Translations under genes and position numbers: made by a program
Assembly (NCBI GenBank): GCA_001825665.1
Contig: MHXZ01000103.1
Coordinates: 5,993 to 69,992, forward strand
Direction: 5' to 3'
From: Planctomycetes bacterium GWF2_41_51
GTDB taxonomy: Bacteria; Planctomycetota; Phycisphaerae; Sedimentisphaerales; UBA12454
Length of the DNA: 64,000 nucleotides
Shown: positions 40,545 to 48,812 of the stretch, in pieces
Layout of the letters: every line of letters starts with the position of its first letter
Position numbering within the stretch: the first letter of the stretch is position 1
The notes under the pieces: generated by a model
Told to the model about the DNA's origin: nothing
Database searches by the model: none
The model's input: the letters and a program-made list of their open reading frames with translations, nothing else

Positions 40545-43085
40545 TTATAATCCTTCCTGATAGATTGCCCTTATTTCATCGGCATTTAGTTCACGTTTAT
40601 ATATCCTGAAATCGTCAATTATACCATTATAATTACTCGTGTCTGCGGTATTCGATCCAATCCTGAACAGCGCAGCACCTGAAAGGTTTTTGGTCAATCC
40701 CGTTGCGCTGTGCCATAACAAGCCGTTGAGATATATTTTCATAGTACCCGCTGTTGCATTTTTTGTAAATGCCCAATGGTTCCATGTCCCTTTGTAATTT
40801 TCCGAAGAAGCCGCTTTTGAAATACGATCCCATGACGAAGGCGAACTTGAACCTGCATCCCAATACACAACACCATCGCTCCATGGCAAATGCGCGTTGA
40901 TCATGCGAGAAGATGAATTGTTTTCTGCGATAAAAATTGTATCACTATGCGGTTGTACTGAACTGCCATTTTGCCACAGCGTTACAGTTACCTGATTATT
41001 CAACAATGCAACGCCGTCCGCCGGAACATTAACCCAACCCGTACCAGCGATATTTAGCGCGTTGCCGATTTTTCCCACCGTCCAATTAGCGATTGTAATT
41101 GAAGCATCATAACCATAATTCGAACTATCGTGCGCCGTACTGCCGCTGTCTTCATCGAATTTATACCATCCAACGAGTTCTGTCTCCTGACCGGTCGTAA
41201 AACTCCAAACCTTCCCCTTATTTATCCTGCCGTTACTTATGCTATCCACACGCCAGTAATATGTCATCTGCGGCTGCAATACAGCATCATAACTGGCTGT
41301 ATCACGTCCCAAGGTCATTTTATATTCGGGCGAATTGCGTTCGGCTGCCGCAACAGCGTTTTCGGTAAAACCTAAATATACATCCTGCGTTTGAGCATAA
41401 TAGTTAACCCCCCAAACCAAATCCGACCCTGGCAGAACATTAACAGCGTCATCAGCAGGACAAGGCCCGAAAGCCTGTATATCAAGATATTCCTGGCTCA
41501 ACGATGCAAAATCACGAAAATTAATAACGCAATCATCCGTAATATCAGTCTGCGATCCAGGACATGGCCAGGCAAGCGAAACAAGCCAATCCGAAGCAAG
41601 TTTTTGAACATCGTTGAAATCGACAATGCAATTATTATCAAAATCGGCGTTCAATTTCGCACAGTTTTTCAAACGCAGCGACAATGTAACTATAGATCCC
41701 GGCGGCACACGAACAGTCAGCGAATTCAAACCAATGTTTATATCGCCGGTCGGAATGTTCGCGTAATTTTCCGAATTCGATGTTCTCCGTTTTTCAAGTA
41801 TTTCAAAATTGCTGAAACCCGAAAGATCATAGTTGGCGGTCGTATCTTGCGCTCCATTATTTACCGTAACAATAGCCAGTTTGCGTCCGGCCGGATTTTC
41901 AGGCTCAACCCATACCGTTGTAAGCGAATTCGGCTCCGTATCGCTTGATTCGATCCTTTGCATTCCCGGCCTTATAAAGCGGCTGTAATGTGCTACTGCC
42001 CAATATGCTTTTCTTGGTATAAGACTCACCGGACCGCTGTCAAATATGAAATCCGGCTCCCACATAACCCAGGCGCTCGCATGCAGTTTTGATAAGCCTT
42101 CATGTATCTTTGTTGCATAAATCAGAGACTGCACGCCCGGCCTGTTATAAGGATAGCCGTCATTTGCCCAATCTCCCCATTCGGTTGACCACATCCTCTT
42201 GCCATAAGTATCCGCCCGCAAGTTCCATCCGTTAATACCAGAACTGGATACCTGATACTGATGACAGGAGATTACCGGCAGATTCGATGCAATGCCTGAA
42301 GCAAGCAGCGTGTCGAGATATGAATATGAGGTAAGATATGCTGCATCATACGCAATTAATTGCGGCGAAAAACCATAAGAAGGCAAGGTCTCAAGCGCTC
42401 TTTGATGTATCGTTATCGCCTGACTTGCAGAAACATGGCACCCCGGCTGCCCACCCCCATAAACCCACCAATCCGCCTCCGGCTCATTAATTAGAGAAAG
42501 ATACTCAAAATTTATTCCCCAGGAATCGCGGAAATGTACAAGCACATCACATACATGCTTTACAAACCGTCCCTCTTTGCCCGAGATAAGATTGTTTACC
42601 GAACCGTTCGTGCCTCCCGCCGTGCATCCGCTTACCGTAAGCCAATACGGCACGCTATACCAATTTGCCCACATAATCGCCCCGCGATTGGCTGCACCCT
42701 GGATATACCATAAATTAGCTTCCTGACCTGTCCAATCGAATACATTTTCTTCGGGTTCAAAAGCTTTATTACCAGGATACGGAATCCTTGTCATGTGGTT
42801 ATGGCTCGGATTATCACCAACCGGCATCAGCACTCTGCAAATTCGCAATCCCAGACCATCATTCTCAAGCAAATATAATTTATCAAGGAAAGCAGCAAGA
42901 GAGGCAGAAGTGTAATTCTGATAATAGCCGGGCGTGAACTGCCCCATGTGCCCCTGCCCAAACCCTTCAAATACCTGCCCTTTGATTGCGAGATTAATAA
43001 TTACCATATTTGTAACCGCAGAATACGAACTCGCCCCCACTGCGAAAACCAAAAACATCATGTAAAAAATAGAATATCGCTTCAT
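40545..43085 (-). CDS. GH30 glycoside hydrolase with internal dockerin-like, FN3-like and LamG domains
   Basis: QVFEGFG, GLGLRICR, SVPYWLTVSG, LINEP (acid/base), WSTEWG (nucleophile), HYSRFIRPG; start set at ATG 43085 (MKRYS signal). Confidence 0.8.
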   Translation of the reverse strand: MKRYSIFYMMFLVFAVGASSYSAVTNMVIINLAIKGQVFEGFGQGHMGQFTPGYYQNYTSASLAAFLDKLYLLENDGLGLRICRVLMPVGDNPSHNHMTRIPYPGNKAFEPEENVFDWTGQEANLWYIQGAANRGAIMWANWYSVPYWLTVSGCTAGGTNGSVNNLISGKEGRFVKHVCDVLVHFRDSWGINFEYLSLINEPEADWWVYGGGQPGCHVSASQAITIHQRALETLPSYGFSPQLIAYDAAYLTSYSYLDTLLASGIASNLPVISCHQYQVSSSGINGWNLRADTYGKRMWSTEWGDWANDGYPYNRPGVQSLIYATKIHEGLSKLHASAWVMWEPDFIFDSGPVSLIPRKAYWAVAHYSRFIRPGMQRIESSDTEPNSLTTVWVEPENPAGRKLAIVTVNNGAQDTTANYDLSGFSNFEILEKRRTSNSENYANIPTGDINIGLNSLTVRVPPGSIVTLSLRLKNCAKLNADFDNNCIVDFNDVQKLASDWLVSLAWPCPGSQTDITDDCVINFRDFASLSQEYLDIQAFGPCPADDAVNVLPGSDLVWGVNYYAQTQDVYLGFTENAVAAAERNSPEYKMTLGRDTASYDAVLQPQMTYYWRVDSISNGRINKGKVWSFTTGQETELVGWYKFDEDSGSTAHDSSNYGYDASITIANWTVGKIGNALNIAGTGWVNVPADGVALLNNQVTVTLWQNGSSVQPHSDTIFIAENNSSSRMINAHLPWSDGVVYWDAGSSSPSSWDRISKAASSENYKGTWNHWAFTKNATAGTMKIYLNGLLWHSATGLTKNLSGAALFRIGSNTADTSNYNGIIDDFRIYKRELNADEIRAIYQEGL

Positions 43086-43091
43086 ATTATC

Positions 43092-43150
43092 ATTATACAC
43101 GATTTTCAGTCTAAATTAACGCCACTTTTTGTGCTATTACCGCCACATTT
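43092..43150 (-). promoter_or_regulatory. Locus-A operator A6 plus TATAAT
   Basis: aacgccactttt 43118 and accgccacattt 43139; minus-strand TATAAT at 43092-43097. Confidence 0.75.
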
Positions 43151-43241
43151 GGAAATTAATAAAATTTATAGCCTCATTAATTCATCTAAACGATCTGAAT
43201 CAACGAGGCTATACAGTATAAAATTTGAAGTTAAAAGTATA

Positions 43242-44627
43242 TTACTCTGAACTCATAATCCGCCATTGAGCATTATCTGCTCCATCATCTGTCCACTGGA
43301 CGATATCGGCACCATCGGACATACCTGACCCGATAACCATCATGCATTTGCCGCTATTCTTGTTGATAATTTTGAAATATCCGCTGGCAATATTGCCGGT
43401 GCTTTCTATCTGCCACTTGCAATTATCAGCACCGTTATATGTCCATTGGGTTATATCAGCTCCGTCTGCGGTGCTTGATCCATTAACCTGTGCGCATTTG
43501 CCGCTATTTCTGTTAATAATTTGGTAATAACCGCCACCGACACTTGCAAGCTGCCACTGGCAATTGGTTCCGCCTGTGTATGTCCATTGAGTAATGTCGC
43601 CGCCGTTTGCTGTGCTATAGCCGTTTACTTGCGCACATTTCCCGCTGTTTTTATTAATAATCTTATAGTAGCCGCCGCTGTCTTTTTGAATATTTATAAT
43701 TTTTTCTGCGCCATAATTACTGCTCGAATACCAAATATCATAAGTATCGCTATTGTGCCATCCATGCCAATGGTATGAAGCTTTAATCGGATTGCCCGCA
43801 TTGCGCAAAGCCGCTAATGCATCATGCATACCGCGAAGACAATTGATATTCTGACCCCACCATGTGGTATCGGCTGTATAAGTCTCGTAATAATCCCCTA
43901 AAGTCAAAACAGCACCAAACTCAGTAATGTAGGTTCTATTGCTTACACCGGCAAGGTCTGTTTGAAGTATATTCGAAAATGCACTTTGTGTACAACTGCC
44001 TGCAGCCAGCCTGCTGGGATAAAAATGATAAGCAAGCGCGCCGCTCCATAGATTTTTAATTGCCTGTACATTAGTTGCTGCGCTGCCTATACCATCGATA
44101 ATACACTTTGATGAAGGCAGTCCGGCGTTAGACATAATGTACTGCATATCATTCATATAGGTGGATGCGCTGCTGTATCCATACGGTTCATTAAATATTT
44201 CGTATTTTATATTTGGATAATCTGCAAACCAATCGTGAATGTTTGCCCATGCGTTTGCCATTGCTGCAAGATTATTTGGTCTGCCATTTCCATGACCTGT
44301 TTCACCGGCTTCCAGTGTGTCAAACATGCAGATAACTCCTCTATAGCCTACTTGTGCGAAGTAGCCCTCTATTTTATCAAGCGAAGCGGCATCATTTGCA
44401 GTTTCAACGTTAATTGGGATACGAATATGTGTAAAGTTTTTATTGGCAACACCTGCAACATCATTGTTGGTGTAGCCATAAGAATAAACACCCGGAAGAA
44501 AAGCTCCGGTACCCGAAGTGCCCTGTGTCGGCGGAAGATTAATCCCGTTTCCCGATGCCATAACCATACCACACGAGCAGATCAAAGCTAAAACAAAATA
44601 TAAAGCTCCGATTTTTACTTTATTCAT
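43242..44627 (-). CDS. GH5 glycoside hydrolase with ricin-B (CBM13) domain
   Basis: HIRIPIN, YEIFNEP, HFY, ITEFG; three repeats of YKIIN.NSGKC...G.DI.QW......QW; start MNKVK after AAAGGA. Confidence 0.8.
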   Translation of the reverse strand: MNKVKIGALYFVLALICSCGMVMASGNGINLPPTQGTSGTGAFLPGVYSYGYTNNDVAGVANKNFTHIRIPINVETANDAASLDKIEGYFAQVGYRGVICMFDTLEAGETGHGNGRPNNLAAMANAWANIHDWFADYPNIKYEIFNEPYGYSSASTYMNDMQYIMSNAGLPSSKCIIDGIGSAATNVQAIKNLWSGALAYHFYPSRLAAGSCTQSAFSNILQTDLAGVSNRTYITEFGAVLTLGDYYETYTADTTWWGQNINCLRGMHDALAALRNAGNPIKASYHWHGWHNSDTYDIWYSSSNYGAEKIINIQKDSGGYYKIINKNSGKCAQVNGYSTANGGDITQWTYTGGTNCQWQLASVGGGYYQIINRNSGKCAQVNGSSTADGADITQWTYNGADNCKWQIESTGNIASGYFKIINKNSGKCMMVIGSGMSDGADIVQWTDDGADNAQWRIMSSE

Positions 44628-44906
44628 TTTAAATCCTTTCAAATGCCAAAAATATAATAGGAACTACACTTTTTTGGAGAATGTATCTTTCCACATTTTT
44701 TCTGAAAAAATAATTTACAATGGCTACAAAAAAACAAAACAAAAAGGTGAATGGTAATTAAAAGACATGATAGCAAAGCTTTTTTTAAAAATTAGCAGCA
44801 CGCTCATAACTCCTGTTCAGGAGAACCTGGAAATAATATTGTAAAGCTATCTGACATTTCCATTTAAACGTTAACGAAGTGAGTTCAAGGTGTCTTGCTC
44901 TACGAG

Positions 44907-44966
44907 AAAATACATTATTTTAGTTATAAATTAACGCCACTTTATGTGCAATTACCCGCCACTTTT
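44907..44966 (-). promoter_or_regulatory. Locus-A operator A7 plus -10 box
   Basis: aacgccacttta 44933 and cccgccactttt 44955; minus-strand TATTTT at 44907-44912. Confidence 0.7.
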
Positions 44967-45187
44967 GGAAATATTTAGGGAATTTAAAATTAGAGTTGAT
45001 GAATTATGGAAAAATCTTAGTAAAAGTGATATCAATAATGTTAAATACCCTCAGGGGTAGCAGAACCATCGAGAAAAGCGGCTAAACCCTTGCAGGCAAA
45101 GACCTTAAGAAAAGCACTACTGATATATTACATTGCCCATCAATTAGTCAGAGCCGAATTTGTACGAGGTATATAAAAATATCGGGT

Positions 45188-46732
45188 TTATTCAGAGTCT
45201 GTTCTGAAAGGCGAGACCGGCAATCCCTGCTTGTTGAAAAGATTGCATTCGATCCAGTCAGACCAGCCATATCGAACGGCTGCCGGATTTTTCACATGTT
45301 CAGACCAGACAAGAACTGCATCACCATCAAGTTTAGCGTTTGCCCATACGAATTTTTTATCATGGCCTGCGATTGAGAATCCTTTTATTTCATTTCCTTT
45401 CGATACCAGTGATGAACCAAAGGTATCGAAAGTAATGCGAACTTTGTTTTCTTCGACTTTCATGTTTTTGTACATTGGGCTTGAATAGACAATGTCCTTA
45501 AAGCCGTAATCTTTCGCCAAAGCCCATAATGCAAGACGTTTGCCGACTTGCTGTTTATTTTTTGGGTGAATTTTAAATACTTCACCAATGTCCATGATGA
45601 CAGCCATGCCGGTGTTTTTCAAATTCAATGTCATTGATTGTGCTTCACGAAGTTTAGCCCAATTTGAATCAGGAGGAAGCGATAAATCCGGGCGACCTTT
45701 AGAATCTTTTTTCATCTGTTTTCCAAAAGGAGCAAGCTGAACATAATAAAAAGCAAAATCGCCCTGCTTCCAATCATCACGCCAATTTTGAATCATGGCA
45801 GGGAATAATTTTCTATACCGCAAAGCATCATTGACGTTCGATTCGCCCTGATACCATATCACACCTTTGATAGCGAATGGGATAATGGGATGAATCATGG
45901 CATTATAAAGCATCGAAGACCTGTTTTTATCGTTTAATTCGCCTGGTAATCTCGGTTCAGGCAGAGACTTGCCGGAAGTTTGTTTTGCTTTTTCCTCTTT
46001 CCAGCTTCGGAGCTGCTGATCATATTTAGCCTGATATTGGGGTTTATCTGCAATGATTTGCTGGTCGAAATCCCAATACCATTTCAAATCATTATCGCCG
46101 ATGAGGATTTCTTTTCGAGTCCATGCTTGGGCGGGCGTTCCGCCGAAAGAAGAATTAATAAGACCGATGGGCACATTTAATTTATTGTGCAATTCCCGGC
46201 CGAAATAATACGCGACCGCACTGAATTGTGCAATGTTTGCAGAGTCGCATATCAGCCATTTACCAACTGTATCATCAAGAGGCTGCGGAGAAGCTTTTCT
46301 TTGAACTGTGAACAAACGAATGTGAGGATAGTCAGCAGCGGCTATTTCATCATTCGCATCATTGGCATCTTTTACAGTCCATTGCATGTTGGATTGGCCG
46401 GAACAAAGCCAGACCTGACCGATAAGAATGTTTTCTATTGTCGTGGATTCATTATTGGAAGATATTGTTATAGTGCAGTTATTACCGCTTTTAGGTGTTT
46501 TTACTTTTAGCTGCCATTTACCACTATTATCTGCAACAGCAACATTTTTTTCGTTTGACCATGAACAAGTTACTTCGACTTTTGCCAAAGGATCGGCAGT
46601 GCCCCAAAGAGGCGCGTTTGTATCGGCCTGAAGAACCATATTGTCTGAAATAATAGATGGTAATTTTATTTCAGCAAAAGAAAACGAAACAAGTGAGACG
46701 ATAATAGCAAAATAAAATATCTTCCTGACCAT
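45188..46732 (-). CDS. Sialate O-acetylesterase-like (SASA) carbohydrate esterase, secreted
   Basis: LPSIISDNMVLQ, VWLCSGQSNM, FSAVAYYFG, GVIWYQGESN, LREAQ, IHPKNKQQVGKRLA. Confidence 0.9.
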   Translation of the reverse strand: MVRKIFYFAIIVSLVSFSFAEIKLPSIISDNMVLQADTNAPLWGTADPLAKVEVTCSWSNEKNVAVADNSGKWQLKVKTPKSGNNCTITISSNNESTTIENILIGQVWLCSGQSNMQWTVKDANDANDEIAAADYPHIRLFTVQRKASPQPLDDTVGKWLICDSANIAQFSAVAYYFGRELHNKLNVPIGLINSSFGGTPAQAWTRKEILIGDNDLKWYWDFDQQIIADKPQYQAKYDQQLRSWKEEKAKQTSGKSLPEPRLPGELNDKNRSSMLYNAMIHPIIPFAIKGVIWYQGESNVNDALRYRKLFPAMIQNWRDDWKQGDFAFYYVQLAPFGKQMKKDSKGRPDLSLPPDSNWAKLREAQSMTLNLKNTGMAVIMDIGEVFKIHPKNKQQVGKRLALWALAKDYGFKDIVYSSPMYKNMKVEENKVRITFDTFGSSLVSKGNEIKGFSIAGHDKKFVWANAKLDGDAVLVWSEHVKNPAAVRYGWSDWIECNLFNKQGLPVSPFRTDSE

Positions 46733-46736
46733 TGCG

Positions 46737-47663
46737 TCATCCTTTAAAATCTTTAAATTGTTTCAAATATTTTGCTATCTTTTCCTTTTCCGGTTCTCTG
46801 AAACAATGGAACGGTTCTTCGATAAAGTCGTTGCAGATGCCCATCAGATTCAATGAGGCTTTCACGCCTTTGATGAAACTTGAGCTATATCTGCCTGTAC
46901 TGTAAATCGTCGTGCTAATCCACATAACTTTTTTGTGCAGTTCACGAATTTTCTCTATATCACCTGCAATTGATGCGTTATACAAATCAACGTACAATTT
47001 CGGGAAAATGTTAGCCCCGCCGCAGATTCCGCCGTGGCCGCCAAGCAAGATTGTCTCGGCAAGCAGTTCTTCAGGACCAACAAGGAAAGAAAAATCTTTT
47101 CTTTCATTTAGCAGTAAAAGTAATTTATGGAAATAAATCATATTCGCGGAACTATCTTTGATGCCGTGAATATTTGGTATTTGGGCAGCTTTAATAACCG
47201 TATCAGGCTCAAAGAAAACTTTTGTGCAGCTTGGCATGTTATACAAATACAGCGGCAATGGAATTTTCGGAGCAAGATGCTCAATGTACTCTATCAATTC
47301 AGGCTGACCAGCCTGAAAATAATAAGGCGGAGCGAGAACGACAGCGCTGACGCCCTGTTTTTGTGAGTGTTCAGCAATTTTTATAGATTCGATGTGCGAT
47401 GTATCTGTGATGCCGACGAGGACGGGAACGCGATTATTGACGAGTTTGCAGGTACGTTCGATTAATTCGTAGCGAAGTTTGTAGCTTAAAGACGGAGCTT
47501 CGCCTGTGGTGCCGAGAATGAACAGGCCATGGACTCCGCCTGCGATGATATGTTCGACAAGTTTTTCCAAACCTTTAACGTCGATGTTGTCCCTGTCGAG
47601 CAGAGGTGTAATCATTGGCGGTATTATGCCTTTAAGTGGCCGGGGTAAATTTGATATTTTCAT
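46737..47663 (-). CDS. DapA/N-acetylneuraminate lyase-family aldolase
   Basis: GIIPPMITP, GTTGE, LYNMP, GIKDSS (Schiff-base Lys). Confidence 0.88.
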   Translation of the reverse strand: MKISNLPRPLKGIIPPMITPLLDRDNIDVKGLEKLVEHIIAGGVHGLFILGTTGEAPSLSYKLRYELIERTCKLVNNRVPVLVGITDTSHIESIKIAEHSQKQGVSAVVLAPPYYFQAGQPELIEYIEHLAPKIPLPLYLYNMPSCTKVFFEPDTVIKAAQIPNIHGIKDSSANMIYFHKLLLLLNERKDFSFLVGPEELLAETILLGGHGGICGGANIFPKLYVDLYNASIAGDIEKIRELHKKVMWISTTIYSTGRYSSSFIKGVKASLNLMGICNDFIEEPFHCFREPEKEKIAKYLKQFKDFKG

Positions 47664-47665
47664 TA

Positions 47666-48811
47666 TTAATTATTCCTTTTAAATTTTTTTGATGCTTCAA
47701 TTAAAGCATTAATATTTTCCTTAGCAGTATTTGGCGGAACAACACAGCCTGAGCCAAGTATGAATCCGCCCTTTGAACCTGCGCCTGCCATACATTCAAA
47801 AGCTTCATTCATCACTTCTTTGGGAGTTCCGTTCAGAAGAGTGAGTGTGTTTACGCCGCCCATTAACGAAACACTATCTCCTGCTTTTTCGCGAGCCTGC
47901 TTTACTGTAAAACCACCAAGAGGGTCAAGAGGCGCAATGTTATCAAGACCTGCTTCGACAAGCAAATCAATAATGGGAAGTACATTGCCGCAGATGTGAC
48001 AATAAATAATTGCATTTTTATTATATTTATGCAGTTCTGTACAAATTGTTTTGATGTATGGAAAGACAAATTCTTTCCAGTGCTGCGGAGAAATCAAAGA
48101 CATATTGCCGGCCGAATCATTCAATCGCAAAACATTGATGCCCATATCGAGCCAGTATTTGCCTTTGTTAATTGCAATTTGCGTGCCCTTTTCAAGGACA
48201 GCATGCACCAGACCAGGTTGCATAACCAAATCCATCATTGCATTATTCATGCCTCTAAAAGCGATGTAAAAAGCGATTGTTGCTGAATCACAATTTCCGA
48301 TAAAATGCAAGTTATTGCCGAATTCGTCAATTACAGCTTTTTGCCTTTTTGCCCAACCGAGCTGATTAAATACATTGGAATCAGGAACAGCAATTGCCTT
48401 TACATCTTCAATTGAATTTATAACAGGCTCTGGAGAAATCCAATTATGACAATAAGCCATCGTGAAAGGGTCGGAGATGTTGTAATCTTTGGAATCGAAA
48501 AGATGAGTTGCCAAACCGCCGGCCATATCGATTTTACCGATTCTCTCGCCGGATTTATTTATTTCGAAAACTTCGCCGTTTTCTTCAATAATATTTCTTG
48601 GAGCAAAGTGAAATTGTCTGACGGCATCAACTTCCAATTTTTTACCGGCTTGTGCAATTACCTTTAAAGCCGTTAAAGGGTACTGGATGATATCTATCAA
48701 AGATGTGCCAGTAACTTTAGCAGAGAAATCGACCCAGATTTTTGGCACAACAGGTACACGGTCAACTTCTTTGCCTTTAAGAGCATTTAAAAATCGTTCT
48801 GATACTTTCAT
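47666..48811 (-). CDS. URO-D/MtaA-like methyltransferase-fold protein
   Basis: ERFLNALKGKEVDRVPV, ISPQHWKEFVFPY, HICG, LMGGVN, FILGSGC (MtaA-type HxC...C Zn site). Confidence 0.85.
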   Translation of the reverse strand: MKVSERFLNALKGKEVDRVPVVPKIWVDFSAKVTGTSLIDIIQYPLTALKVIAQAGKKLEVDAVRQFHFAPRNIIEENGEVFEINKSGERIGKIDMAGGLATHLFDSKDYNISDPFTMAYCHNWISPEPVINSIEDVKAIAVPDSNVFNQLGWAKRQKAVIDEFGNNLHFIGNCDSATIAFYIAFRGMNNAMMDLVMQPGLVHAVLEKGTQIAINKGKYWLDMGINVLRLNDSAGNMSLISPQHWKEFVFPYIKTICTELHKYNKNAIIYCHICGNVLPIIDLLVEAGLDNIAPLDPLGGFTVKQAREKAGDSVSLMGGVNTLTLLNGTPKEVMNEAFECMAGAGSKGGFILGSGCVVPPNTAKENINALIEASKKFKRNN

Positions 48812-48812
48812 A

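Noticed and set aside
43250-43680. Roughly 140-bp DNA repeats as a CRISPR or tandem element
   Set aside because: They encode the three QxW subdomains of the ricin-B/CBM13 module; no repeat-spacer structure or cas genes
46737-47663. Assigning dapA or nanA
   Set aside because: The family is clear, but specificity cannot be read from the motifs; context argues against lysine synthesis
1632-48811. Calling the URO-D-like genes hemE
   Set aside because: No RQAGR motif, an HxC metal site is present, there are several divergent copies and no tetrapyrrole context
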